DNA of 45,477 nucleotides from an uncultured Candidatus Actinomarina sp. (GTDB lineage Bacteria > Actinomycetota > Acidimicrobiia > Actinomarinales > Actinomarinaceae): assembly GCA_902510965.1 (NCBI GenBank), contig CABXDM010000004.1, positions 1 to 45,477 of the forward strand. The letters are read 5' to 3'. The position numbers were made by a program, and so were the translations under genes. Shown here in pieces: positions 1 to 8,664 of the stretch. The notes under the pieces were generated by a model. The model did no database searches. It saw only the letters and a program-made list of their open reading frames with translations, and had not been told where the DNA came from. The first letter of the stretch is position 1. Every line of letters starts with the position of its first letter.

Positions 1-556
1 GAAAGTTATGGGAGGTCAAAGCACATACATCCCATTAAAAGTAAACAGTGCTGGTGTTATTCCAGTCATTTTTGCCACAAGTGTTTTGTTCTTTCCGGCA
101 CTAATTGCTACATCTTTACCTCAAGACAACTCAATAACTGCAGGAATTAGAAATTGGATTGATGTTAATCTCGCTAACTCACAAGGAACAAGTTGGTTTT
201 ATATCTTTTTTCTTGGAATGTTAATCATCTTCTTTACATATTTTTATACAACAATTCAGTTTGATCCAGTAAGGCAATCTGACATGATCAGACGTCAGGG
301 TGGTTTCGTACCTGGAGTTAGACCGGGTATATCTACAACAAATTACCTTTCACATATCGTTAGCAGAATTACTCTGCCTGGTTCAGTTTTTCTTGCATCT
401 GTTGCGGTTCTTCCTTCTATTGCTTCAGCAATTTGGGATATCCCACTCGGATTCGGGGGGATATCAATATTAATTACTGTAGGTGTTGCATTAGAAACTA
501 TGAAACAAATAGAAAGTCAATTAAGCATGAGAAATTATGAAGGGTTTATTGATTGA
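1..556 (+). CDS. secY: Preprotein translocase SecY, C-terminal part (gene runs off the 5' end of the window)
   Basis: Motifs YIPLKVNSAGVIPVIFA, GGFVPGVRPG and C-terminal QIESQL..RNYEGF; sits directly before adk-map-infA. Confidence 0.98.
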   Translation, partial: KVMGGQSTYIPLKVNSAGVIPVIFATSVLFFPALIATSLPQDNSITAGIRNWIDVNLANSQGTSWFYIFFLGMLIIFFTYFYTTIQFDPVRQSDMIRRQGGFVPGVRPGISTTNYLSHIVSRITLPGSVFLASVAVLPSIASAIWDIPLGFGGISILITVGVALETMKQIESQLSMRNYEGFID

Positions 557-1113
557 CCAATATTATTATTTTTCTGGGACCTCCAGGTGCCGGAAAGGGA
601 ACACAAGCATCAAGATTAGCCGAAGATAACAACCTTGCACATATTTCTACTGGGGATATGTTGAGAGGTCATGTCTCTAATAATACAGAATTAGGTAAAA
701 CAGCAAAATCGCTTTTAGATGAAGGGAAACTTGTTCCAGATTCACTTGTTATCGAGATGCTCATTGAACGATTAAATGCAGATGATTGTAAGAATGGTGC
801 AATCCTTGATGGTTTTCCAAGGACTTTAGCTCAAGCCAAAAGTCTTGAAACATTAAATGAAAACTTCTCCATTAGCAAAGTTATCGTATTTGAAGCTGAA
901 CAAAATGAATTGATAAAGAGAATTTTGCATCGTGGTGAAACTTCTGGACGAGGCGATGACACAAAAGAGTCAATTAGTGTTCGTTTGGATGTTTATAAAG
1001 AAGATACCGAGCCACTAATTGAGTATTACGACAAAGGTAATTTAACTGTAAAAATTAACGCTGTAGGAGAAATTGATGATATATACAATCTCATATCAAG
1101 GAGTTTTAGTTAA
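553..1113 (+). CDS. adk: Adenylate kinase (short-LID type)
   Basis: P-loop GPPGAGKGTQA, HISTGDMLR, LDGFPRT; TTG start overlaps the secY stop. Confidence 0.97.
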   Translation: MTNIIIFLGPPGAGKGTQASRLAEDNNLAHISTGDMLRGHVSNNTELGKTAKSLLDEGKLVPDSLVIEMLIERLNADDCKNGAILDGFPRTLAQAKSLETLNENFSISKVIVFEAEQNELIKRILHRGETSGRGDDTKESISVRLDVYKEDTEPLIEYYDKGNLTVKINAVGEIDDIYNLISRSFS

Positions 1114-1860
1114 ATGATTACTTTTAAATCCCAGGAAGATTTTCTGAACATGGAAAAAGCAGGACGTATTGTTGCAACTATACATTCTGAGTTACGTGAA
1201 GCATCAACTCCAGGTATACCACTTACTACTCTTGATGAACTAGCTAAAAGTATTGTAGAAAAAAGTGGTTCTACTTCAAGCTTTTTGGGATATATGGGAT
1301 ATCCAGCTTATATCTGCGCATCTCCAAATGATGTTATTGTCCATGGAATACCTGGTAAATACATATTAGATGAAGGAGATATTCTATCTATAGACGTTGG
1401 TGTTTCAGTTAATGGATATCATGCTGATGCTGCACTCACCTACGGTGTTGGAAAAATTTCTGCTGAAAACCAAGCATTAATCGACGTAACAAGAGATGCC
1501 CTATATGCAGGCATTGCGTTAGTTGGAGATGGACAAAAGCTCGGAACAATAGGAAATAAAATAGAAAAAATTGGAAACAAATTTTCTTATGGAGTTGTTA
1601 AAGAATATGTTGGTCATGGAATAGGTCTTGAAATGCATGAAGATCCTCAAGTACCCAACTATGGAAAAAAGAATCAAGGATTTACTCTCAAAAAGGGGAT
1701 GGCTATATGTATAGAGCCAATGTTCAATATAGGTTCTGCTCAAACGAAAGTTGACGATGATGAGTGGACAGTCAGAACTTTTGATGGAAGTAATTCAGCT
1801 CATTGGGAGCATACGATAGGGATAATGGACGATGAGGTACGAATATTTACAGAAAAGTAA
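1114..1860 (+). CDS. map: Methionine aminopeptidase type I
   Basis: SPNDVIVHGIP, GHGIGLEMHEDP, IEPM and SAHWEHT motifs; conserved synteny. Confidence 0.97.
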   Translation: MITFKSQEDFLNMEKAGRIVATIHSELREASTPGIPLTTLDELAKSIVEKSGSTSSFLGYMGYPAYICASPNDVIVHGIPGKYILDEGDILSIDVGVSVNGYHADAALTYGVGKISAENQALIDVTRDALYAGIALVGDGQKLGTIGNKIEKIGNKFSYGVVKEYVGHGIGLEMHEDPQVPNYGKKNQGFTLKKGMAICIEPMFNIGSAQTKVDDDEWTVRTFDGSNSAHWEHTIGIMDDEVRIFTEK

Positions 1861-1873
1861 TTTTAAAAACATG

Positions 1874-1902
1874 TTGGTAATAGTTTTTAATCGCACTATT
1901 CT
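1874..1902 (+). promoter_or_regulatory. Putative sigma70-type promoter for the infA-rpmJ-alpha operon
   Basis: TTGGTA (1874-1879), 17 nt spacer, TATTCT (1897-1902) in the map-infA gap. Confidence 0.5.
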
Positions 1903-1931
1903 GATTTATCGGTCCTAATTACAAGGTGATT

Positions 1932-2156
1932 TTGGTAGAAAAAGAGAAAAATATAATAAAGGTTCAGGGAACAGTTACTGAAACTTTGCCAAACGCATCT
2001 TTTAAGGTCGAGCTTGAAAGCGGTGCAGAAATTCTTGCACACGTGTCAGGAAAAATGAGAATGAGGTATATAAGAATACTTCCTGGAGACATGGTAGATA
2101 TGGAAGTATCGCCATACGATCCTACAAGGGGTAGGATAACTTGGAGACATAAATGA
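1932..2156 (+). CDS. infA: Translation initiation factor IF-1 (probable TTG start at 1932; ORF open from 1926)
   Basis: [36 protein letters not shown]; SD-like AAGGTGA precedes the TTG. Confidence 0.97.
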   Translation: MVEKEKNIIKVQGTVTETLPNASFKVELESGAEILAHVSGKMRMRYIRILPGDMVDMEVSPYDPTRGRITWRHK

Positions 2157-2269
2157 AAGTTAAATCAAGTATTAAAAAGAGGGGTCCTGGCGACCAGATT
2201 GTTAGGCGTAAAGGTAAGCTGTACGTAATCAACAAAAAAAATCCTCGAAATAAACAAAGGCAAGGCTAA
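2153..2269 (+). CDS. rpmJ: 50S ribosomal protein L36, 38 aa, zinc-free type (not in the ORF track)
   Basis: Hand translation [38 protein letters not shown]; ATGA overlap with the infA stop; canonical infA-rpmJ-rpsM position. Confidence 0.97.
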   Translation: MKVKSSIKKRGPGDQIVRRKGKLYVINKKNPRNKQRQG

Positions 2270-2272
2270 AGA

Positions 2273-2650
2273 ATGGCAAGAATTTCTGGAATTGATATTC
2301 CAAGAGACAAAAGGGTTATTGCATCCTTAAGATACATTCATGGTGTTGGAGCTAAAAGATCTTCCGACATTTGTACAGATTTAAAAATAGACCCAAGTAC
2401 AAGAGTAAGTAATTTAACAAATGATGAAGTTGCGCAAATAAGAAAATATATTGAGGCGAACTTTAGAGTAGAGGGAGATCTTAGAAGAGACGTTTCTCAA
2501 AACATTCGTAGAAAGACAGAAATAGGTACATATCAAGGTTTAAGACATAGGACAGGTTTGCCTGTAAGAGGTCAAAGAACACATACAAATGCCAGGACAC
2601 GTAAGGGTCCTAGATTTGCAATAGCAGGTAAGAAAAAGGTAACTAAATAA
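2273..2650 (+). CDS. rpsM: 30S ribosomal protein S13
   Basis: [28 protein letters not shown]. Confidence 0.99.
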   Translation: MARISGIDIPRDKRVIASLRYIHGVGAKRSSDICTDLKIDPSTRVSNLTNDEVAQIRKYIEANFRVEGDLRRDVSQNIRRKTEIGTYQGLRHRTGLPVRGQRTHTNARTRKGPRFAIAGKKKVTK

Positions 2651-3033
2651 TGGTTGAAACAAAATCAAAGAAAAAAAATAAAAAGAATATACCTTCAGGA
2701 GTAGCTCATATAAAAGCAAGCTTTAATAATACAATCATAAATATTTCAGACTCAAATGGTGAAACAATTGTTTGGACTTCAGGTGGATCAGTAGGTTTTA
2801 AGGGATCAAGAAAATCTACACCGTATGCAGCACAAGTCGCAGCAGAAGAAGCAGTAAGAAGAGCAACAGAATTTGGTGTTCACAAATTAGATATCATTAT
2901 TAGTGGCACAGGTGCAGGAAGAGAAACTGCTGTAAGAACTTTACAAAATATGGGTATGGATGTTGGAACCATCAAAGATATTACTCCCACCCCTCACAAT
3001 GGCTGCAGGCCAAAAAAGCGCAGGAGAGGATAA
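2650..3033 (+). CDS. rpsK: 30S ribosomal protein S11
   Basis: [35 protein letters not shown]. Confidence 0.99.
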   Translation: MVETKSKKKNKKNIPSGVAHIKASFNNTIINISDSNGETIVWTSGGSVGFKGSRKSTPYAAQVAAEEAVRRATEFGVHKLDIIISGTGAGRETAVRTLQNMGMDVGTIKDITPTPHNGCRPKKRRRG

Positions 3034-3647
3034 TGGCCAGATATACAGGACCCAGAGTAAGAATATCAAGAAGAATTGGATTTAATGTATTTGAGAACAA
3101 AAAAGGTGATAAGGCCCTCCAAGACAGACCTTACCCACCCGGAGAAAATGGCAGAAAAAGAGTTAGAGAAACTGACTATGGTACGCAGTTAAAAGAAAAG
3201 CAAAAAGTAAGGTATATGTATGGAATTTTAGAAAAACAATTTCGAAATTACTACAAAGAAGCTTCTCGAATGTCAGGTATCACCGGAGAAAACTTATTAG
3301 TACTTTTGGAGTCAAGGTTAGATAATGTTATTTATAGAGCTGGATTTGCTTCTACAAGGCCTCAAGCACGACAAATAGCTTCTCATAGACATCTAAAACT
3401 TAACGGTTCACTAGTTGACATCCCTTCTATTCAAGTGAAACCTGGAGATAAAATAGAATTAAAAGACAGTAGTCAAAATATGATCATTGTTCAACACACA
3501 ATTGATACCGGTCAAGATAATGAAATACCTTCATGGTTGTCAGTTGATAACAATAAGAAGACTATTGAAGTCTTATCTCTACCTTCAAGGGGAGACATAA
3601 GTCATCAAATAGAAGAACAGTTAATCGTAGAGCTTTATTCAAAATAA
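3033..3647 (+). CDS. rpsD: 30S ribosomal protein S4
   Basis: MARYTGP, QLKEKQK, LESRLDNVIYR, C-terminal VELYSK. Confidence 0.99.
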   Translation: MARYTGPRVRISRRIGFNVFENKKGDKALQDRPYPPGENGRKRVRETDYGTQLKEKQKVRYMYGILEKQFRNYYKEASRMSGITGENLLVLLESRLDNVIYRAGFASTRPQARQIASHRHLKLNGSLVDIPSIQVKPGDKIELKDSSQNMIIVQHTIDTGQDNEIPSWLSVDNNKKTIEVLSLPSRGDISHQIEEQLIVELYSK

Positions 3648-3668
3648 AAATTAGAGAGGAGAATTAAA

Positions 3669-4628
3669 TTGCTAATACTACAAAGACCTGAAATATCTCA
3701 AGAAGAATTGAGTACAAACAGAGCAAAGTTTACAATTGAACCACTAGAACCAGGATTTGGTTTAACTCTTGGTAATACCATGAGAAGAGCTTTATTGTCC
3801 AGAGTTCCTGGTGTCGCTGTTACTGGAGTCAAAATTCAGGGTGTGAACCATGAATTTACATCAGTCCCTGGTGTAGTTGAAGATGTTTTAGATTTATTAT
3901 TAAACCTAAAACGACTTGTTCTGCATGTAGAAGATCAAGAAAACCATACCTTAACCGTTAAGGCAAAAGGCCCAGGAGATGTTACAGCCGCACAAATACA
4001 GTGTCCCGCTGGCGTAGAGGTTGTGAACACCGACCTAAAAATTTGTACCCTTTCTGGTGATGCGACTTTAGATATGGAAGTTTCAATTGCTCATGGGGTA
4101 GGGTATCGTTTAGCTGATAAGAACAAAACTAGCGATTCAAGTTTCATTCCTATTGATTCAATATTTTCTCCAATCGTAAAAGTAAGTTACGGGGTATCAC
4201 CAACACAAGTTGGTCAAGTTACAAACTATGACAAACTTACCTTAGACGTTGAGACTGATGGATCAGTAGCACCTAGTGAGGCAATGTCATCTGTAGGGAA
4301 AACTCTTGGTGAATTATGGAAACTTTTCGCTGACATTGATGAAGGAATTGGTCTCGAGTTAGGCGAGCTAACAGTATCTGAAGGAAGTTCTCCAGATTTA
4401 TCAATTTCTGTTGATGCATTAGATTTATCTGAGAGGCCAATGAACTGTCTAGGCAGAGAAAATATTACTACTGTTGGACAAATCTTAGAATACACGGAAG
4501 ATGATCTTTTGAATCTAACTAACTTTGGTCAAAAAAGCCTTGATGAGCTTGTTGCAAAGTTAGATGAATTAGGATTAAGTTTACCAACTAGCTCTGATTT
4601 GGACTCTGAGGAAAACGCGGATGCCTAA
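3669..4628 (+). CDS. rpoA: RNA polymerase alpha subunit
   Basis: [38 protein letters not shown]; actinobacterial-type N-terminus MLILQRP. Confidence 0.99.
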   Translation: MLILQRPEISQEELSTNRAKFTIEPLEPGFGLTLGNTMRRALLSRVPGVAVTGVKIQGVNHEFTSVPGVVEDVLDLLLNLKRLVLHVEDQENHTLTVKAKGPGDVTAAQIQCPAGVEVVNTDLKICTLSGDATLDMEVSIAHGVGYRLADKNKTSDSSFIPIDSIFSPIVKVSYGVSPTQVGQVTNYDKLTLDVETDGSVAPSEAMSSVGKTLGELWKLFADIDEGIGLELGELTVSEGSSPDLSISVDALDLSERPMNCLGRENITTVGQILEYTEDDLLNLTNFGQKSLDELVAKLDELGLSLPTSSDLDSEENADA

Positions 4629-4971
4629 ACCAACAAAGGGAAAAAGACTAGGTGGCTCTGCCTCGCATGAAGATCAAATTATTAGTAATTTAGTTAGGTC
4701 ACTCATTCAGCATGAAAAGATTGAAACAACTATAACTAAAGCTAAAGTTGTTAAACCTTATGCAGAAAAAGTTATAACAAAAGCAAAAAAAGGAACATTA
4801 CACGACAGACGACAAGTCTTAAAAATGATTCAGGATAAAGCTGTTGTTGCTAAATTATTTGAAGAAATTGGTCCCAAGTATCAAGAGAGAAACGGTGGAT
4901 ACACAAGGATCACAAGAACAACTTATCGAAAGGGCGATGGTACAGAGCTAGCTGTACTAGAACTAGTTTAA
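4621..4971 (+). CDS. rplQ: 50S ribosomal protein L17
   Basis: [30 protein letters not shown]. Confidence 0.98.
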   Translation: MPKPTKGKRLGGSASHEDQIISNLVRSLIQHEKIETTITKAKVVKPYAEKVITKAKKGTLHDRRQVLKMIQDKAVVAKLFEEIGPKYQERNGGYTRITRTTYRKGDGTELAVLELV

Positions 4972-4972
4972 A

Positions 4973-5518
4973 TTGAGTACTTTCAGGGATGTCTGGAAAA
5001 AGTTTCAAGCATTTCTAAAGTTCAATCCCTCCTTGATCCAAAATATTGTTAACGATAGATATGAAAGTGGCAATGCCTTTTTAATTGTTATCACAAGTCT
5101 TACCTCAATATACACAGCACTTTTTATCACAACTAGATTTTCAAACTTCTTTGATATTGTTTTTTATGGAATATTAGATGGTGCATTCGCCTGGATAATA
5201 TCGAGTTTGGGAATGTGGTTTATTTTATCCAGAGTTTTTAAAGAAAATTTAGACATAAACAGTGTTTCAACAATGACTGGTTATGCACATGGAATTGTAG
5301 CTGGAATCTCTTTTGTTATATTGCTTCAAAGTTACTTGAATCTAAGTGCAAGAATTATTGAAATTTTAATATTGAGTATTTTTTTGTGGCTCTTCTACAC
5401 AATTTCAAGAAGTTTAGAAATTGGATTTTTTGTTGAAAAACGAAATTCTAGAATTGCTGCCTCTGTCTTTATCGTTATACTTATTTGGACTTCAGGTCCT
5501 CTAAAAATATTTTTCTAA
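4973..5518 (+). CDS. Hypothetical integral membrane protein (about 5 TM segments, possibly Yip1-like)
   Basis: Several long hydrophobic stretches; fills the rplQ-truA gap with 1-nt spacers. Confidence 0.7.
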   Translation: MSTFRDVWKKFQAFLKFNPSLIQNIVNDRYESGNAFLIVITSLTSIYTALFITTRFSNFFDIVFYGILDGAFAWIISSLGMWFILSRVFKENLDINSVSTMTGYAHGIVAGISFVILLQSYLNLSARIIEILILSIFLWLFYTISRSLEIGFFVEKRNSRIAASVFIVILIWTSGPLKIFF

Positions 5519-5519
5519 C

Positions 5520-6245
5520 TTGAAAAACTATAAGATAGTAATTTCATATGATGGAAATAATTTCCATGGTTTTCAAAAGCAGCCAAAGGACTTTACAGTT
5601 CAGGAAGCCTTGGAAGCAGCATTAGATAAGCTTTTAACTTCATACCAACTAACCTATGCCGGGAGAACAGATAAGGGTGTCCATGCTAAGCAACAAGTTT
5701 TAAGCGTTACTACAAGTGACCTATTAACGGATTCTTTTAAAGAATCATTAAATGCATTAGTAGGCAAGAATATTTATATAAAAAAGATTACATTGGCTAA
5801 TAAGAATTTTCATCCTAGACACGATGCAAAACAAAGAACGTACAAATATTTTGTTAATACTCCCAGTAATTATGAAGCTTATAACCTGGGTTATAGTTAT
5901 TTTGTAAAGAATGAATTAAGTATTGTAGAACTGAATCTTATTGCAAAATCTTTCATAGGAAAAAATAACTTTACTAATTATTCAAAACTGAGAATTGATC
6001 AGAATCCATTACGTGAAATTGCTCTCAGTAAATGGACCAAGAACAGTCAGTATTTTATTTACACGATCACTGGAAATTCTTTTTTACACAACATGGTTAG
6101 GTCCATAGTAGGTGTACAGTTGGCAGCATTTGATGGAAAGTTGGAAAGTAAATCTATTGATACTTCTCTAAAAACTCCGCTTGAACAAAGATTCAAACAT
6201 GTTGCACCGCCAGAAGGTTTGTATCTTTGGAATATTAAATACTAG
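5520..6245 (+). CDS. truA: tRNA pseudouridine(38-40) synthase
   Basis: YDGNNFHGFQ, AGRTDKGVHA (catalytic Asp), FLHNMVRSIVG, APPEGLYL. Confidence 0.97.
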   Translation: MKNYKIVISYDGNNFHGFQKQPKDFTVQEALEAALDKLLTSYQLTYAGRTDKGVHAKQQVLSVTTSDLLTDSFKESLNALVGKNIYIKKITLANKNFHPRHDAKQRTYKYFVNTPSNYEAYNLGYSYFVKNELSIVELNLIAKSFIGKNNFTNYSKLRIDQNPLREIALSKWTKNSQYFIYTITGNSFLHNMVRSIVGVQLAAFDGKLESKSIDTSLKTPLEQRFKHVAPPEGLYLWNIKY

Positions 6246-6305
6246 TTTTCATAAATATCAGTAACCTTTATACTTAAAGCTCGTTACAATCCAATAGGTT
6301 TATAA

Positions 6306-6767
6306 ATGAGTACAAAAACGACATTCAAAGGAATAGAAGCTTCTGATAGAAGTTGGCATGTAGTTGATGCGAGCAATCTTCCAGTTGGTAGATTAGCTAG
6401 TGAGATTGCACAAATTTTAAAAGGTAAACACAAGCCACAGTATGCACCACACTTAGATGTTGGAGATCATGTTGTTGTAATTAACGCAGATAAAATTCAA
6501 GTTACATCTAAAAAGCCAGAACAAAAAATGTACTATAGACATTCAGGGTATCCCGGCGGAATAAAAGAAGAATCCTTTAACGCACTCAAAAAACGTAAAC
6601 CTGAATTAATCATTGAAAAAGCTGTTTGGGGAATGCTTCCAAAAAATAGGCTAGGAAGAGCAATTATTAAAAAACTTCATGTATATTCCACAGATACCCA
6701 TCCTCATGAAAGTCAAAACCCCGTAGAATTAAGTTTCAATATAAAGAAGGTTGCAGATAATGAGTGA
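6306..6767 (+). CDS. rplM: 50S ribosomal protein L13
   Basis: WHVVDA, GKHKPQYAPHLDVGD, YRHSGYPGG, GMLPKNRLGR. Confidence 0.99.
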   Translation: MSTKTTFKGIEASDRSWHVVDASNLPVGRLASEIAQILKGKHKPQYAPHLDVGDHVVVINADKIQVTSKKPEQKMYYRHSGYPGGIKEESFNALKKRKPELIIEKAVWGMLPKNRLGRAIIKKLHVYSTDTHPHESQNPVELSFNIKKVADNE

Positions 6768-7149
6768 AGCAATATTAGGCACAGGGAGAAGAAAAAGCTC
6801 TGTGGCAAGAGTAAGACTCACCGAAGGTACTGGTGAATATACCTTTAATGGCAAGACAATGGAACAATACTTCCCAAGCCCAAATATGAGAATGAGGGTA
6901 AACAAACCTTTTAATGTTGTTGAAATGGATAAGCAGTTTGACTTACACGTGACTCTAAATGGAAGTGGATTGTCTGCACAAGCTGATGCGGTTGCCTTAG
7001 GAATTTCTAGAGCTTTAATACAATTTAATCCAGAGCTAAGAGCAAAACTCAAAAAAGCAGGGTTACTCACAAGAGACTCCAGAAAAGTTGAGAGAAAGAA
7101 ATACGGACTTAAGAAAGCTAGAAGAGCCGAGCAGTTCACTAAAAGATAA
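6760..7149 (+). CDS. rpsI: 30S ribosomal protein S9 (probable ATG start at 6760)
   Basis: GTGRRKSSVARV, GLLTRDSRKVERKKYGLKKARRAEQFTKR. Confidence 0.98.
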   Translation: MSEAILGTGRRKSSVARVRLTEGTGEYTFNGKTMEQYFPSPNMRMRVNKPFNVVEMDKQFDLHVTLNGSGLSAQADAVALGISRALIQFNPELRAKLKKAGLLTRDSRKVERKKYGLKKARRAEQFTKR

Positions 7150-7156
7150 TCTCTCA

Positions 7157-8461
7157 TTGAAAAAACATTTTGGTACCGATGGCATTAGGGGTATCCCTGA
7201 AGAATCCCTTACCGAAGAAATAGTCTCAAAAGTTAGTGCTTCTGTCGAAAAAATATTAAAGCCTAAATCAATAGCTTTGATTACTGACACTCGGAGTTCT
7301 TGTGAAGTAATTGCTAAGTGGATAAGTAATGGTTTTAGCAGTGAAGTACATATTCTCAACTATGGAATTCTACCATCGGGATCAATGCCCATACTACTTA
7401 ATGAGCTCAATCATGATATGGGAATTATCATTTCTGCTTCGCACAATCCAAGTGAATACAATGGAATAAAGTTGATTGATAAAAATGGATCTAAATTGGC
7501 AGATGAAGTTGAAATTTCAATCGAAGATACAATGGATACGATTGGATTACCAAGTAAATCTTCTCAAATAGAGGATTCGCACTTAGGTTATGAGCAGTAT
7601 AAAAACTTTCTTGACTCAATAAATGACGTAGATTTCTTACAGTTCAATTTAGTAATTGACTCAGCTAATGGTTCTGCTTACAAGGTGATAAAAGATTTAG
7701 TTTTAGATCAAAATGCTACTGCAACTTTTATTGCAAATGAACCAAATGGTGAAAATATAAATGAATATTCTGGTGCAACAAATACCAAGAATCTTATAAA
7801 TACTATGAAAAATGGGCAACTAGGTATCTCTTTTGATGGCGATGCAGATAGATTAATTATGATTGATGAAAATAAAGAAGTTGCTAATGGGGACGTCATC
7901 ATCGCGTTACTAGCTAATTATCTTTCAGAAACTAAACAATTAGAAAATCAAAGTGTTGTTAGTACAGTTATGTCCAACTATGGATTTAAAGTAGCTATGA
8001 AAAATAAAAATTTTAATTTGATTGAAACTCCTGTAGGTGATAAATATGTAGCGGAGTCTATGAAGAAGCATGATGCAGTTCTTGGAGGAGAGCAGTCTGG
8101 GCATATTATTTTTTCTAAATATTTACCAGTAGGAGATGGATTAGTAACTTTTCTTCTTACCTTGAAGGCACTCAATTATTTCAAAACAACGCTTGCAGAA
8201 TTTAGAAAACAAAATATTCAAGAATATCCACAAAAATTAGTAAACATAAAGTTACAAAATCAGCTAAATAAAGAAGAGCTTGAGTTCATTAATCAGATTG
8301 CATTTGCTCTGTCCAATAAGAGAGACTTGGATGGTAGATATCTTATAAGAAACTCTGGGACGGAACCTTTGTTAAGAGTTTTAGTTGAAGCTAAAAATAG
8401 TGATGAAATGGATGCTTTTCTTGATGAGTTACTTATTAAAATTAATGGCTACCTCAATTAA
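7157..8461 (+). CDS. glmM: Phosphoglucosamine mutase (probable TTG start at 7157, not 7088)
   Basis: FGTDGIRG, ISASHNP (catalytic Ser), FDGDADR, GGEQSGH, SGTEPLLRV. Confidence 0.95.
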   Translation: MKKHFGTDGIRGIPEESLTEEIVSKVSASVEKILKPKSIALITDTRSSCEVIAKWISNGFSSEVHILNYGILPSGSMPILLNELNHDMGIIISASHNPSEYNGIKLIDKNGSKLADEVEISIEDTMDTIGLPSKSSQIEDSHLGYEQYKNFLDSINDVDFLQFNLVIDSANGSAYKVIKDLVLDQNATATFIANEPNGENINEYSGATNTKNLINTMKNGQLGISFDGDADRLIMIDENKEVANGDVIIALLANYLSETKQLENQSVVSTVMSNYGFKVAMKNKNFNLIETPVGDKYVAESMKKHDAVLGGEQSGHIIFSKYLPVGDGLVTFLLTLKALNYFKTTLAEFRKQNIQEYPQKLVNIKLQNQLNKEELEFINQIAFALSNKRDLDGRYLIRNSGTEPLLRVLVEAKNSDEMDAFLDELLIKINGYLN

Positions 8462-8472
8462 AATATCTTCGT

Positions 8473-8478
8473 TATAAT
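8473..8478 (+). promoter_or_regulatory. Putative -10 box of the glmS leader promoter (predicted TSS about 8485)
   Basis: Perfect TATAAT 6 nt before A8485; no recognisable -35. Confidence 0.5.
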
Positions 8479-8497
8479 TATATTAACGAGCAAATAT

Positions 8498-8629
8498 AGC
8501 GCCAGACCTTGAAAAAGGTGACGAGGAAGTGTGTTATCGAAAATTCGGCGGATGCATACTCGGCTCTACAGTCGTAATAAATTGTTTAAAAACAGAGAGA
8601 AATCTTTGAACAGAAGCAATTTAACGTAG
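8498..8629 (+). ncRNA. glmS ribozyme (GlcN6P-activated self-cleaving riboswitch), cleavage predicted between A8498 and G8499
   Basis: Conserved core AGCGCCAG..GACGAGG..TTATCGAAAATTCGGCGGATG. Helices traced by hand: P1 ACCTT/AAGGT with GAAA loop (8506-8519), P2 AGTGTGT/GCATACT (8528-8534 with 8554-8560), P3 CGGCT/AGTCG, P3.1 pseudoknot CTAC (8566-8569)/GTAG (8626-8629), P4 8578-8587/8614-8623, P4.1 CAGAGA-GAAA-TCTTTG. Lies directly upstream of glmS. Confidence 0.97.
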
Positions 8630-8659
8630 TCTAATTTCAACTTGCTCGTTGGAATGGAG
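8630..8659 (+). promoter_or_regulatory. Putative RBS-sequestering hairpin in front of glmS
   Basis: TCT-A-ATTTCAAC (8630-8641) pairs with GTTGGAAT-GGA (8648-8658), covering most of the SD GGAG (8656-8659); its loop and 3' arm TTGCTCGTT are complementary to AACGAGCAA (8485-8493). Confidence 0.6.
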
Positions 8660-8664
8660 ATAAT

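Noticed and set aside
1863-1890. Inverted repeat TTAAAAAC...GTTTTTAA after map
   Set aside because: Almost entirely A/T and expected by chance at this composition; it overlaps a plausible promoter and lacks a GC stem.
6246-6305. Structured ribosomal-protein leader RNA upstream of rplM
   Set aside because: Only a possible TATACT -10 box (6269-6274) is visible; no convincing helix could be traced.
7088-7156. N-terminal extension of GlmM given by the ORF track
   Set aside because: It overlaps the conserved rpsI C-terminus; homology starts at KKHFGTDG, consistent with TTG at 7157.
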